NCBI GenBank assembly: GCA_018652475.1
Contig: JABICB010000013.1
Span: 244-64,243, forward strand
Direction of reading: 5' to 3'
Length of the DNA stretch: 64,000 nt
From: an archaeon
Lineage (GTDB): Archaea > Nanobdellota > Nanobdellia > SCGC-AAA011-G17 > PNOQ01
This document shows, in pieces, positions 37,415 through 48,330 of the stretch. The notes beneath the pieces were generated by a model. The model did not search any database. It was not told the origin of the DNA and saw nothing but the letters and a program-made list of their open reading frames with translations. Both the position numbers and the translations under genes were made by a program. Numbering within the stretch: position 1 is the first letter of the stretch; the number at the start of each line of letters is the position of its first letter.

Positions 37415-39601
37415 ATGCCAAATATTAAAAATTTCAAACCACGATTATATCAAGAAACGATATTATCTAGTTGTACGGAAAAAAATACATTAGTAGCACT
37501 TCCTACTGGATTAGGAAAAACCAAAACTGCCATACTCGTTGCAATAGATAGGTTAAACAAATATTCAAATTCTAAAATACTTTTTCTTACACCTACCAAA
37601 CCTCTTGCAACTCAAATATATAATGAATTCAGAGATTGCACAGATATAAAAGAAATTGAATTATTTACTGGTGCAATTTCACCAGAAAAAAGAAAAGAGT
37701 TAGCTAAATCTGCAAAAATAATTATAAGTACTCCTCAGAGCATAGAAAATGATGTAATAAATAATACATTTAAATTTGATGATGTCTCCTTGATTGTTTT
37801 TGATGAGGCACATAGAGCTATACAAAATTATTCATATACTTGGTTAGCAAAAAAATACAACTCTTCTTCAACAAATTCAAGAATAATAGGATTAACTGCA
37901 TCGCCAGGTGCAGATTTAGAAAAAATAAAAGAAGTTTGTAATAATTTGTACATAAAAAACATTGAAGTAAGGACAGAGAATGATCCAGATGTTAAGGAAT
38001 ATGTACAAAAAACTGAAGTAGAATGGATAAAGATTAATCTCCCTGAAGAATTTAAAGAAATAAGAAACTTTTTACAAAATGCATTTTCAAGTAAATTAAA
38101 AAAATTAAAAGAAGGGGGCTATAGCCTCAATGCTAATGTCTCAAAAAAAGAATTATTAGGGATTATGGCATCATTGAGAGGAGAAATATCAAAAGGAACA
38201 AATGATTATAATATTTTTTCTGCCATTTCTTCAACAGCGGAAGCAATAAAAATTAATCATGCATTGGATTTAATAGAAACACAAGGAATACATTCATTAT
38301 ATTCTTACCTAAAACCAATAATAGGAAATAAGGGACAAACAAAATCTGGAAAAAATCTAGCATTAGACATAAATATGAAATCTGCATTTATTCTTTCTGA
38401 AAAATTATACGAACAAAAAATAAATCATCCAAAATTATCAAGATTAAAAGAAATAATAAAAGAAGAAATTGAAAAAAATCCAAAAACAAAAATAATAGTA
38501 TTTAATCAATACAGAGATTCTGCCAAAAGAATAGAAAACGAACTAATTGAATTAGAAAATGTTAGACCAAAACTTTTTGTAGGACAACTAAAAAAGAAAG
38601 GAACTGGATTATCGCAAAAAGAACAAATAAATATTATAAATGAATTTAAAGAAGGCATTCATAATTGTATAATTTCTACATCCATAGGGGAGGAGGGACT
38701 AGATATTCCCAAAGTCAATACAGTAATTTTCTATGAACCTGTGCCTTCAGCTATAAGGAGCATACAGAGAAGGGGACGTACAGCAAGACATACAAAAGGA
38801 AAAGTGATAGTACTAATGACTAAAAACACTCGCGATGAAGCTTATCATTGGACTGCAGTAAACAAAGAGAAAAAAATGTATTCTATATTAAATGAATTAA
38901 AACATGGATTCAAATTAAATCCCCAAAAACAATTAAATGCCTTTGAAAAAAAAGAAGAATTAAATATTTATGCAGATTCAAGAGAGCAAGGTTCAACAAT
39001 ATTAAAAGAGTTGGTAGATTTAGGAATAAATATTACTACAAAAACACTACCTACTGCAGATTTCATAGTATCTTCAAGAGTTGGAATTGAAAGAAAAACC
39101 ATAAGGGATTTTGTAGATTCAATCATAGATAAAAGATTATTTGATCAATTGAAAAATTTAAAAGCTAATTTTGAAAAACCCTTAATAATTTTAGAAGGAG
39201 AAGAAGATATTTATTCAATAAGAAATATTCATGCAAATTCTATCAGAGGAATGTTAGCAACAATAACCATATCATATGGAATACCTCTGATCCAAACAAA
39301 AAACACAAAGGAAACTGCACAACTATTAAGATCAATAGCGAAAAGAGAACAAATTCAGAAAGAAAAAACCTTTAATCTAAATCTAGAAAAAAAACCTCTA
39401 ACTACAAGGGAATTACAAGAATATATCATCAGTTCCCTCCCCACAATAGGACCAACGCTTGCAAAAGCATTACTAAGGGAATTCAAAACAGTAAAGAATA
39501 TAATAAATGCAAAATCAAATCAATTAGAAAAAATTGAAAAGTTAGGAAAGAAAAAAACAAAAATCATAAAGGAAATAATAAATGAACAATATGATTCTTA
39601 A
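37415..39601 (+). CDS. hef: Hef (helicase-associated endonuclease for fork-structured DNA): DEAH helicase plus ERCC4 nuclease plus HhH2.
   Basis: Walker A LPTGLGKT, DEAH (VFDEAHRA) and helicase motif VI QRRGRTAR are present. The C-terminal ERCC4 motif is ADSREQGS...GIERKTIRDFVDSI. Terminal HhH repeats are (SLPTIGPTLAKALL...). Confidence 0.85.
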   Translation: MPNIKNFKPRLYQETILSSCTEKNTLVALPTGLGKTKTAILVAIDRLNKYSNSKILFLTPTKPLATQIYNEFRDCTDIKEIELFTGAISPEKRKELAKSAKIIISTPQSIENDVINNTFKFDDVSLIVFDEAHRAIQNYSYTWLAKKYNSSSTNSRIIGLTASPGADLEKIKEVCNNLYIKNIEVRTENDPDVKEYVQKTEVEWIKINLPEEFKEIRNFLQNAFSSKLKKLKEGGYSLNANVSKKELLGIMASLRGEISKGTNDYNIFSAISSTAEAIKINHALDLIETQGIHSLYSYLKPIIGNKGQTKSGKNLALDINMKSAFILSEKLYEQKINHPKLSRLKEIIKEEIEKNPKTKIIVFNQYRDSAKRIENELIELENVRPKLFVGQLKKKGTGLSQKEQINIINEFKEGIHNCIISTSIGEEGLDIPKVNTVIFYEPVPSAIRSIQRRGRTARHTKGKVIVLMTKNTRDEAYHWTAVNKEKKMYSILNELKHGFKLNPQKQLNAFEKKEELNIYADSREQGSTILKELVDLGINITTKTLPTADFIVSSRVGIERKTIRDFVDSIIDKRLFDQLKNLKANFEKPLIILEGEEDIYSIRNIHANSIRGMLATITISYGIPLIQTKNTKETAQLLRSIAKREQIQKEKTFNLNLEKKPLTTRELQEYIISSLPTIGPTLAKALLREFKTVKNIINAKSNQLEKIEKLGKKKTKIIKEIINEQYDS

Positions 39602-40818
39602 GAAACGGCCATTATATCGACAGTTTTAGATCCAGAAACACCTATCTGACTACTATCTTTCGCACCTATATCTTCTTTATTAGATATGAAAAAGTACTCT
39701 GAAATTAATTTACCGTTAGCGTCATGTATAGTCAACTTAAGTGTTTCTTCCCTAGGTATAATCACAGTTTTGATAGTATCTTTAATTTTAGTAACCTTTC
39801 CGGTCTTAAAACAAGTGAACATCTTTTCTATGGGTTCAAAAAAAACAACTGTTTTTTCATCACCTAAACCAGAAGATTCCATCCTCATGGAGGAACCTTC
39901 CTCAATATGAGCTTCCTTTCCATCAGGAAAACCAAAAGACTCCTCTACTGAGATAATAGTACAATTATTTGACTCACATTCAATATCAACCAATAATATA
40001 TCTTCTGGCACCTCAGGTTTGGCACTTGAAGAAGTAATATCATATATCAATTCAGATAAAATATATTCATCAAAAAGACCATAGGTTTTTCCATCCCTGT
40101 GCCAATAATCTCTCATTATGCCTTCTTTAACAGAACGAGAATATTCAAAATTTGTACAACCGGCAATACAACTAGTATTATCAACACTATCAAATTTAGA
40201 GCAAGAATCCATATCAGAATCACAATTAGGAGCATCCCACCAAATTGAAATACCTTCTTCAGTATATTCTTCTGCAAAATTTCCAAAAGCATGACCCATT
40301 TCATGAGCAAGAACTAACGGATCATCTGCAGTATTAATGGCCATCACTTTCTGATAAGTGCTAGATCTTAACCAGTTTATTAAATTATAAACTCCATCAA
40401 TATCTGTTAAAACAACAAAATAATCATGAGGACAAATAGAAGATGCCCTAACTATTTTTCCAGTATTACACAAGATATAACCTTTGTCCCACTCACACCC
40501 ATAATCTTCAAAATTTTCTATCCTATAAAAATTAAATTTATCCCTATTCGAATTAAATGGTTCTACTTTTAACAATTCCTCTTTCCAAAAATAAGTATCA
40601 TCAATAAATTCTCCTACAGAATCATAATTAGTACCTAAAAACACTATATCAATATTAGTTTCAGATGGACCTGTTGAATCTACAATCACACACCCCGGGA
40701 GGGGGTCAATAGGTGCCCTAACAAAAGTACCATTACTCCAAAAAATAAAAGAAAACAATATTATTACACCTATAATGAACAATATAAATGGCCAAATAGA
40801 TTGTTTTTTACCAAACAT
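39598..40818 (-). CDS. Membrane-anchored/secreted zinc metallopeptidase, M64 (IgA-peptidase)-like.
   Basis: Signal anchor IWPFILFIIGVIILFSFIFW. The zincin motif VLAHEMGHAFGNFAEEY fits the M64 pattern HE.GH.F..L.DEY. It has many Cys residues. Confidence 0.55.
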   Translation of the reverse strand: MFGKKQSIWPFILFIIGVIILFSFIFWSNGTFVRAPIDPLPGCVIVDSTGPSETNIDIVFLGTNYDSVGEFIDDTYFWKEELLKVEPFNSNRDKFNFYRIENFEDYGCEWDKGYILCNTGKIVRASSICPHDYFVVLTDIDGVYNLINWLRSSTYQKVMAINTADDPLVLAHEMGHAFGNFAEEYTEEGISIWWDAPNCDSDMDSCSKFDSVDNTSCIAGCTNFEYSRSVKEGIMRDYWHRDGKTYGLFDEYILSELIYDITSSSAKPEVPEDILLVDIECESNNCTIISVEESFGFPDGKEAHIEEGSSMRMESSGLGDEKTVVFFEPIEKMFTCFKTGKVTKIKDTIKTVIIPREETLKLTIHDANGKLISEYFFISNKEDIGAKDSSQIGVSGSKTVDIMAVS

Positions 40819-40850
40819 TAATAGAAAAATAGAATAAAATATATATAAAT

Positions 40851-41384
40851 CTATTTATTGAACTTTTTTAAGATATTATATTTTTGATTACCTTTAGCAG
40901 AAACACTTTCCATTAATGTAAATTTATCAATGAGAAATTCCTTAGATGAAAACTTCAATTCAGAAATATACTCTTTAAACTTTTCTTTTTTTATCAACTT
41001 TATTCTTCCTAAAGAAACATGAGAAGAAAAAATTTGAATATGGGGTGATATTTGAAGTAGTTCAGCATCAATCTTCTGCTGTAAGGAAATTATATCTTTC
41101 TTAGAAAAAATATCAACATATATCACAGAAGGATTATTATTTTTATAAAAAAGTTTAACATTGACTAATTTCAAAGTGAATGGTTCAAAAACAATATTTC
41201 CTAATGTCTTCTGAATTATATCTAATTCTGAATCAGAAACTTCTCCAAGCTGTTTCAAAGTTATGTGTAAATTTTTCTTTGCCACCCATTGAATCTTTGC
41301 ATACCGTTTATCAAATGAATTTTGTAGGTTAAATAAATTATCTTTGATTTCTGGTGGTAATTCAAGAGATATGAATGACTTCAT
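40851..41384 (-). CDS. 2H phosphoesterase (LigT-like RNA 2',3'-cyclic phosphodiesterase / 2'-5' RNA ligase).
   Basis: Two H-x-(T/S)-x motifs are present: NLHITLKQLG and SSHVSLGRIK. The size, 177 aa, fits. Confidence 0.6.
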   Translation of the reverse strand: MKSFISLELPPEIKDNLFNLQNSFDKRYAKIQWVAKKNLHITLKQLGEVSDSELDIIQKTLGNIVFEPFTLKLVNVKLFYKNNNPSVIYVDIFSKKDIISLQQKIDAELLQISPHIQIFSSHVSLGRIKLIKKEKFKEYISELKFSSKEFLIDKFTLMESVSAKGNQKYNILKKFNK

Positions 41385-41485
41385 TTTTTTTGAAAAAGTT
41401 CCCTATGTTTTTTTTCGCCAAACAGAACCCAATAAATTGCCAATATACCTATAATAGATAACATAAATAATAAAGCATCTTGCAT

Positions 41486-42601
41486 TTAACCAACCATCCC
41501 AATATTATGATTACTTTCTATTTCAGTATTAGTTAATTTATCAACTGCAAGAGAAAAATCTTCATGTTTAACATGTTTTCTTTTTTGTCTTATTGCGAAA
41601 TATCCCGCCTCAGTACATAGGGCTTTTATATCTGCTCCAGAAAATCCATCTAATAATTTATCTATTTCAGAATAATTAACTTTATTTAATTTCATATTTT
41701 TAGAATGAATCTTAAAAATTTCTGCCCTTGCCTCCTTGTTAGGTAGAGGAACTTCAATTAATCTATCTAATCTACCTGGTCTAACAATGGCAGGATCAAG
41801 TATATCAAACCGGTTTGTTGCACCAATAATCTTTACATCACCCAATGAACTAAACCCATCTATCTCTGCCAATAATTGCATCAATGTTCTTTGTACTTCT
41901 TTTTCACCAGAGGTACCATTATTGGTTCTTTCTGAAGCAATAGCATCTAATTCATCTATAAATATTATAGAAGGACTTCTCTCCTTTGCTAACTTGAATA
42001 TATCCTTAACAAGTTTAGCACCATCTCCTATAAATTTCTGTACTAATTCAGAACCAACAACTTCGATAAAAGTAGAGTTTGTACTTGCAGCTATAGCCTT
42101 AGCAAGAATAGTTTTTCCAGTACCACTATATCCATATAATAAAACTCCTTTTGGAGGGATGATACCTACATCCTTGAAAAGTTGAGGATTTTTCAAAGGT
42201 AACTCAATAACTTCTTTAATCTCCCTAATTTGATCAGACAATCCCCCAATAGTTTCCCAATTAACTTCCGGTTTTTCAATTCTCACAAATTTTTCAACAT
42301 CAAATTTTCTTTTCTGACCTGCCTTTGCAACAATATTTAATGATTTTTGTTCAGACAAAACAGAATCGCCTGGTTTAAGTTTTCCAATAAGCGGTGCTGA
42401 AATAGTTACTAAAAATTTATTTCCATTTGGTAATTTTACTACTGCGCCCTTATCAGTAATACTTGTTACTTCACAAAGAATCAGAGGGGGCAGCCTAAAT
42501 TTATCTATTTCAGATTTTAATTTTATTATGGTTTTATTTAATCTAACATTTTCTTCTATTGCCGAATAGTTGATCACCTTCTTTCTCCCACAAAATACCA
42601 T
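41486..42601 (-). CDS. pan: Proteasome-activating nucleotidase (PAN; AAA+ ATPase).
   Basis: An N-terminal coiled coil and OB domain are followed by the AAA core. Walker A is GVLLYGYSGTGKT and Walker B is IIFIDELDAI. A second region of homology and the C-terminal HbYX-type tail region are also present. Confidence 0.9.
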   Translation of the reverse strand: MVFCGRKKVINYSAIEENVRLNKTIIKLKSEIDKFRLPPLILCEVTSITDKGAVVKLPNGNKFLVTISAPLIGKLKPGDSVLSEQKSLNIVAKAGQKRKFDVEKFVRIEKPEVNWETIGGLSDQIREIKEVIELPLKNPQLFKDVGIIPPKGVLLYGYSGTGKTILAKAIAASTNSTFIEVVGSELVQKFIGDGAKLVKDIFKLAKERSPSIIFIDELDAIASERTNNGTSGEKEVQRTLMQLLAEIDGFSSLGDVKIIGATNRFDILDPAIVRPGRLDRLIEVPLPNKEARAEIFKIHSKNMKLNKVNYSEIDKLLDGFSGADIKALCTEAGYFAIRQKRKHVKHEDFSLAVDKLTNTEIESNHNIGMVG

Positions 42602-42654
42602 AACACAAACGTAAACTCTACCAGATTTATAAACTTTTATCTTGTAATTATTAT

Positions 42655-43008
42655 ATGAATGAAAAACAAGAAATAAGATTGTTATTATTTATTATCACGT
42701 TAGGAATATTCTTATTATTTTTTATGAATAATCTATTAGATTTTGCCCCACAAACTATAGGCGAAACATTTCATCAAGAGATAGGATCAGAAGTGACAAC
42801 AATAGGAGAAATAGAAAAAATAATTAATAATAAAAATTTGACTATAATTACAATTAAAGATGAGAATGAAAGAATAAAAATAATTCTCTTTGAAGAATTA
42901 AATACTATATCAAAACAGGATATTATAGTAGTTAGGGGAACACTCATATCATATAAGGGAGAATTAGAAATAGAGGCAACAGAAATAAAAAAAATAACAA
43001 AAGTGTAA
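42655..43008 (+). CDS. Membrane-anchored OB-fold-like small protein (hypothetical).
   Basis: N-terminal TM LLLFIITLGIFLLFFM. The C-terminal ~70 aa resemble a nucleic-acid-binding OB fold (IVVRGTLISYKGELEIEATEI). Confidence 0.3.
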   Translation: MNEKQEIRLLLFIITLGIFLLFFMNNLLDFAPQTIGETFHQEIGSEVTTIGEIEKIINNKNLTIITIKDENERIKIILFEELNTISKQDIIVVRGTLISYKGELEIEATEIKKITKV

Positions 43009-43248
43009 CTTCAAAATACAATCAATAATATTTACTAAGTTGTGGTATCGGGATGTAAAATATATTTGAAAAAAAGCATATAATAAAAGATATGATTAAA
43101 CAAAATTAACTATATAAATAAATAAATTAAATTATAGATATGAATAAAGAACTTAAGATTTTAAACATCATGACAAAAGAAAGATGCACTTGGGATGAAG
43201 CAAGTGAAAAAGAAAAAGAAAGAAAAAATCTTAAAGAATTTTTCTAAC

Positions 43249-43662
43249 TTATTTTTTAGTTTCTGGTTTTATAGAAGGCATCCTTATGTGGGGAGGTAAA
43301 CTAACTTCTTGAGACATTAATAATGCCTTAACATTACACTTACCTAAAACAGTATTTAATATTAAAGGAGTTATATCTTTAGGTAATTGTTTTGTTTTAT
43401 TCCATTCAACAATCAGTTCTTCTATTTTCTTTTTTTCTTCCATGAACATTAAATGTCCTTGTAAAGAAATATTTCCTATACTTGGTTCATATGAAACAGA
43501 AAAATCAAAATCTAATTTTACAACATCATTTGAATCTCCAACGGATATTTCTTCCTTTGTCAATCCTTTGATAGTTAAATTATTTTTAACTTTCATTCCT
43601 TTCTGAATTTTACCAAGTTTTTCTACTATTATTCTATCGAAATTAAATCCAATTATTGGCAT
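43249..43662 (-). CDS. Hypothetical protein.
   Basis: 137-aa ORF with no assignable motif. Confidence 0.3.
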   Translation of the reverse strand: MPIIGFNFDRIIVEKLGKIQKGMKVKNNLTIKGLTKEEISVGDSNDVVKLDFDFSVSYEPSIGNISLQGHLMFMEEKKKIEELIVEWNKTKQLPKDITPLILNTVLGKCNVKALLMSQEVSLPPHIRMPSIKPETKK

Positions 43663-43708
43663 ATTTATTCACCTATATAATTAATCAATAAACAATATAT
43701 AAAAGTTT

Positions 43709-45433
43709 CTACATCTCTTCAGAGACATCAATACCTAACAAATTTAAACCATTCTTAATAATTTGAGCAACAGAATAAACAATAGATGCCCTTGCTAGCA
43801 TTATCTCTTTATTATCTAAATCTATTACTTTATGTTTATGATAAAATTCATTAAATGATTGAGATAACACCAAAAGATATTTGGCCAAATGATGAGGTTT
43901 TAAATCTGTAGCAATTTTCATCAAAACCTCCTCAAAAATAGATATTTGTTTTATTAGATTATATTCTTCTTTAGTAGTTATTAAAGAAAAATCAATTTTA
44001 TTTTTTGATAGTATTTTGATTTTTGATTTTTTTAAAATACTCCTTGCACGAGCATAAGTATATTGAATATATGGTGCAGTCTCACCTTCAAAATCTAAAA
44101 TTTTATCCCAATCAAAAGAAATATTCCTAATTCTATCATTAGACAAATCTGCAAAGATAATAGATCCTATTCCTACTTTTTTTGCAATAATTTCTTTATT
44201 TTTCAAAGAGGGATTTTTTTTATTTATAGTGGTTAATGCTAAATTGATAGACTTATCTAAAACTTCTTCTAGTAAAATAATATTACCTTTACGAGTAGAC
44301 ATCTTACCTTCGGGAAAGTTGATTAATCCAAAATCAACATGATTAAATTTTTCACGAGATAAATTCATCATTGATAAAACTTCAAATAATTGATTAAAAT
44401 GTAACCTTTGTTCAGAACCCACAACATATAATAATTTTTTTGGTTTAAATTTATTCAATCGATATAATGCAGCAGCCATATCTCTTGTATGATATGTAGT
44501 TGAACCATTAGTTTTTCTTAATAACAAAGGAGGCATATTCTTTTTTTTGAGATTGACAATTAATGCTCCTTCTGAAATTTCAGTAGGGATTGTCTTTTTT
44601 ATAATATCTATTGTTGAATCTAACTTTGATTGATAAAAAGATTCTCCTTGAATATAATCGAAATCTATATTCAATAAATTATAAACTCTCTGAAACTCTG
44701 AAAGACTTAAAGAACTAAACAAGGACCATAATTTAGTTAATTTTACATTACCTTCTTCTAATTTCTTAAAATAAATTCGTGCATCCTCAATTAATAAATT
44801 ATCTTTTTCCAATTCATTATGAAATTTAACATATAAATTAAATAAATAATTTATAGGATCCTTTCTCAAATCTCTTTTATTACCCCATTTTTCAAAAGAA
44901 TATAATAATTTTCCAAATTGTGTTCCCCAATCTCCTATATGATTTACTTTTATAACATTATAACCCAAGAATGAATGAATTTTTGCCAAAGAATTACCAA
45001 TAACTGTACTTCTTAAATGTCCGATTCCAAAAGGTTTAGCAATATTAGGAGAAGAAAATTCAACCAATACTTTTTCTTTCTTACCAAAACATGAAGAACC
45101 ATACTTTTCTTTTTTTCTCAGAATATTAGTTATAACTTCTTTAGAAAAAATAGTTTTATCTATAAAGAAATTAAGATATGGGCCAATTGAAATAATTTTA
45201 ATAACCCCTTTAGGTAATTTTATTTTTTGTTCGAGTTCTTTTGATATTTGAACAGGAGATTTTTTTAAAAATTTACTTAATGTAAAACAAGGAAAGGCAT
45301 AATCACCTAATTCAATATTAGAAGGTATTTCTAAAACAACTTCCTTCAAATTAAGTTGTTTTTTTAAAACATCTTTTATATTTTTTTCAAAATTCATTTT
45401 AATTTTTTTAATATATCTGTTTTTCCCTTCCAT
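43709..45433 (-). CDS. argS: Arginyl-tRNA synthetase. The true start is probably the internal Met at 45397, directly after the lonB stop.
   Basis: The class-I HIGH-type motif is [14 protein letters not shown]. The KMSK-like motif is GKMSTRKG. The C-terminal anticodon-binding DALR-type domain is present. Confidence 0.9.
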   Translation of the reverse strand: MEGKNRYIKKIKMNFEKNIKDVLKKQLNLKEVVLEIPSNIELGDYAFPCFTLSKFLKKSPVQISKELEQKIKLPKGVIKIISIGPYLNFFIDKTIFSKEVITNILRKKEKYGSSCFGKKEKVLVEFSSPNIAKPFGIGHLRSTVIGNSLAKIHSFLGYNVIKVNHIGDWGTQFGKLLYSFEKWGNKRDLRKDPINYLFNLYVKFHNELEKDNLLIEDARIYFKKLEEGNVKLTKLWSLFSSLSLSEFQRVYNLLNIDFDYIQGESFYQSKLDSTIDIIKKTIPTEISEGALIVNLKKKNMPPLLLRKTNGSTTYHTRDMAAALYRLNKFKPKKLLYVVGSEQRLHFNQLFEVLSMMNLSREKFNHVDFGLINFPEGKMSTRKGNIILLEEVLDKSINLALTTINKKNPSLKNKEIIAKKVGIGSIIFADLSNDRIRNISFDWDKILDFEGETAPYIQYTYARARSILKKSKIKILSKNKIDFSLITTKEEYNLIKQISIFEEVLMKIATDLKPHHLAKYLLVLSQSFNEFYHKHKVIDLDNKEIMLARASIVYSVAQIIKNGLNLLGIDVSEEM

Positions 45434-47244
45434 TCCAATGACTCTTTTAATACTTCTTCAATAGTTTTTACAGGAATTATATTTATATCTTTAACTTTAT
45501 CTTTTTCTATTAATATATCTTTCTCATTTGCTGCAGGGATAATTATATTTTTTATACCTGCTTCAATTGCAGCATTTATCTTTTGATTGACTCCACCTAT
45601 AGCCAATACTTCCCCTCTTACAGATAATGAACCAGTCATTGCAATATTTTGTTTAATAGGTATATTCTTTAATGCTGAAAAAATAGCTGTAGCTACTGCA
45701 ATAGATGCCGAATCTCCTTCTACTCCTTCATATGTTTGTAAAAATTGAACATAAATATCATATTTTTCCTTAATATCTTCTCCAAAATAATTCATAATAA
45801 TCGCCGAAACATTTTTTATTGCTTCTTTTGCTATATCTCCTAATTTACCTGTTGCTATAATTTCTGCATTTTTTCCACCCGGAGTAACTTCAGATTCTAT
45901 AGGTAATACTATACCAGAAGAAGTATTAGTTGATCCAATAACTGCTAACCCATTAACTCTTCCAACTTTAGTCCCAGTAGTAGAAATAACTGCATATTTT
46001 TTCTTATCTTTAATATATTCATCTGCAATTTGTTGTTCAAAGGGTCTAGCATATTCCTTTGCTAATTCCACATGTTTTAATTCGACCAACTCAGACTGTG
46101 AATTTTTAGCTAAATCTCCTGCTGCCCTTACTAATCCACCTAATTCTCTCAAATGTAATGATAATTTGCCTGCTTTCCCTGATCTAATTTTTGCCTCATT
46201 TATAATTTTTTCTGCAGCACTTTTTGTAAAATGAGGTATTTTTCCATCTTTTCTAACTTCCTGAGAAATGAATTTGACTAATTTATCCCTATTAATCTCA
46301 GTATCATCCATATCATGAGCCATATAAATTTCATAACCATATCCTCTAACCCTGGACCTGAGTGCAGGGTGCATATTTTTCAATGTTTCAACATTTCCTG
46401 CTGCAACAAGTATAAAATCACAAGGAACAGATTCGGTTCTGACCATTGCGCCAGCAGATCTTTCAGATTGACCAGTAATAGGATATTTTTTTTCTTGTAA
46501 TGCAGTAAGAAGCTCTTGTTGCATTTCTACCTTGAGTGTAGAAATCTCATCAATAAATAATACCCCCTTATTTGCCTTATGTATCATCCCCGAAACAACC
46601 CTTTCATGAGCAGGAGTTCCCAAACCTCCACTTTGAAAAGGATCATGTAATACATCACCTAATAATGATCCACCGTGGGCACCAGTAGCATCAACAAAAG
46701 GAGACTCATTTACATCCTTATGACCTACTATTAATTTAGGAAAGGGATTTTCTTTTAATTTAATTTTTTTACCTAATGATAAAAGAATCAACATTGCAAC
46801 TATAAAAAACATACTACTTATCAGCGAAGCTGCAGCCATTATATCGCCATATTGTTTCCTAATCCACCATGGCATTAATGATGCAAGAATAATCATTATA
46901 AAAATAAAAATAGATTTAGTACCAATTCCTTTATTAGATTGTAATTTTAATTTATGAATATTTAATTTACCCTCTCCCTTTGGAAAAGATTTTATTAAAG
47001 GATTATTTTCTTCCTCTATATTCTGAAAAGAAACTATATCTTGTAAATCTTCATAAGGTAATAATTCTGCCAAAGATTGACCAATCATGCTTTTACCAGT
47101 ACCTGGTTCACCAATAAGTAAAATATGTCTTCTTTGTTTAGCAACTTTCTTAATAGTATCAATCGCCTTATCTTGACCTATAACTTGATCTACTAATTTT
47201 TTTGATACTTCAATCTCACTAGTATCTTTATAATTAAGAGTCAT
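45394..47244 (-). CDS. lonB: Archaeal membrane-bound Lon protease (LonB).
   Basis: Walker A is GEPGTGKS. Two TM helices are inserted in the AAA domain. The C-terminal Lon protease domain has catalytic Ser in [23 protein letters not shown]. Confidence 0.9.
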   Translation of the reverse strand: MTLNYKDTSEIEVSKKLVDQVIGQDKAIDTIKKVAKQRRHILLIGEPGTGKSMIGQSLAELLPYEDLQDIVSFQNIEEENNPLIKSFPKGEGKLNIHKLKLQSNKGIGTKSIFIFIMIILASLMPWWIRKQYGDIMAAASLISSMFFIVAMLILLSLGKKIKLKENPFPKLIVGHKDVNESPFVDATGAHGGSLLGDVLHDPFQSGGLGTPAHERVVSGMIHKANKGVLFIDEISTLKVEMQQELLTALQEKKYPITGQSERSAGAMVRTESVPCDFILVAAGNVETLKNMHPALRSRVRGYGYEIYMAHDMDDTEINRDKLVKFISQEVRKDGKIPHFTKSAAEKIINEAKIRSGKAGKLSLHLRELGGLVRAAGDLAKNSQSELVELKHVELAKEYARPFEQQIADEYIKDKKKYAVISTTGTKVGRVNGLAVIGSTNTSSGIVLPIESEVTPGGKNAEIIATGKLGDIAKEAIKNVSAIIMNYFGEDIKEKYDIYVQFLQTYEGVEGDSASIAVATAIFSALKNIPIKQNIAMTGSLSVRGEVLAIGGVNQKINAAIEAGIKNIIIPAANEKDILIEKDKVKDINIIPVKTIEEVLKESLEWKGKTDILKKLK

Positions 47245-47270
47245 TTAATATAAAATAAAGAAAAAGAAGA

Positions 47271-47558
47271 TTATATTATATCTTCTTCTGCAACAACTAC
47301 AAAATCCCCTATTGCAATAACTGCACTATATGGAATTAATAAATTGCCACTTTTGTCATGATCTAAATCTAATCCTTCAGTAAATCCAGTAGGATTCCTC
47401 AATACAATCTGTATTAATTCACCAGTTCTAGTCTCAAATACAATACTACCAACTTCACCAAATCTCTTTCCAGCTTTACTAACAACAATTTTACCTATTA
47501 TTTGTTTTGAATATTTTTTATCGTCACCTGACATATTATAATCCTCCAATAAAATCAT
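47271..47558 (-). CDS. PRC-barrel domain protein (paralog of 35614..35895).
   Basis: IGKIVVSKAGKRFGEVGSIVFETRTGELIQIVL...LIPYSAVIAIGDFVVV is PRC-barrel-like. Confidence 0.5.
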   Translation of the reverse strand: MILLEDYNMSGDDKKYSKQIIGKIVVSKAGKRFGEVGSIVFETRTGELIQIVLRNPTGFTEGLDLDHDKSGNLLIPYSAVIAIGDFVVVAEEDII

Positions 47559-47589
47559 TAGTTTAACTCTTTATATAAAAGTTTCTACA

Positions 47590-47901
47590 TTACCATCCAG
47601 AATCATCATTTGAAAATATATTTTTTAAAGCAGGTATTGGATTTAAACTTTCAAAAGAAAAATCGCCAAACAAATCACTTTCCTTAAATACATCAATTAC
47701 TGCTGCACCAGTCATAACAAATGAATTATTTTCCATAACATTATTTTCAGTACCTAATCCTTCAAATACTAAAAATAACACAACCAAAAATAATACGCCT
47801 ATCATAATAAAATGAAATAGCGATTTTGTAAATAAATGTTTTACTGACTCTAATACAACCACCAATAAAACAAAGGATATGATAATATAAATTAAATTCA
47901 T
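47590..47901 (-). CDS. Hypothetical small membrane protein.
   Basis: Two TM helices within 103 aa. Confidence 0.3.
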   Translation of the reverse strand: MNLIYIIISFVLLVVVLESVKHLFTKSLFHFIMIGVLFLVVLFLVFEGLGTENNVMENNSFVMTGAAVIDVFKESDLFGDFSFESLNPIPALKNIFSNDDSGW

Positions 47902-48330
47902 ATTATCATTTATAAAATTAACACTATATAAATTTATTCATATTTACCGAAGACCCTCTGACCTCAATTGCTATTGGAAAAGAAATTATTAAAAAATAAA
48001 GGTTTATGTTCTCTCAAATATTCTTTAAATAAAGAATAGCTCATTTTTGTTTTTTTTACTGATTTTTTTTGTAAGTTAAATTATTATACTACAGCTTTTG
48101 TAAGTATAATATATTAAAGAATTTATTATATATATATATATTTTATTTTTAAGTTTTTTTATTGTATATTATATATTATAGAAACTAAAAATAAAATAAA
48201 AAAAATAAAAAAACAACACCTACTTTTGAAATAAAAGGTTCCACCAGAAATAAGGGTCTCAGAGTAAATATTTAATAAGAATAGTCAATAATAATAATCC
48301 TTAAATAACAAATTCAGTTCATATTATAAA
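47902..48330. promoter_or_regulatory. Putative replication origin (oriC) and cdc6 promoter region.
   Basis: This is the longest non-coding gap in the window. It has an AT-rich core with (TA)n at about 48127-48141. An ORB-like element, gTTCCAcCaGAAAtaaGGGtct, lies at 48238-48262. It resembles the archaeal Orc-binding box (TCCAGTGGAAAC...GGGG) as I recall it. An inverted partial copy (agaCCCTct) lies at 47951-47960. The gap is immediately upstream of cdc6-polD, the conserved oriC neighbourhood. Confidence 0.45.
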
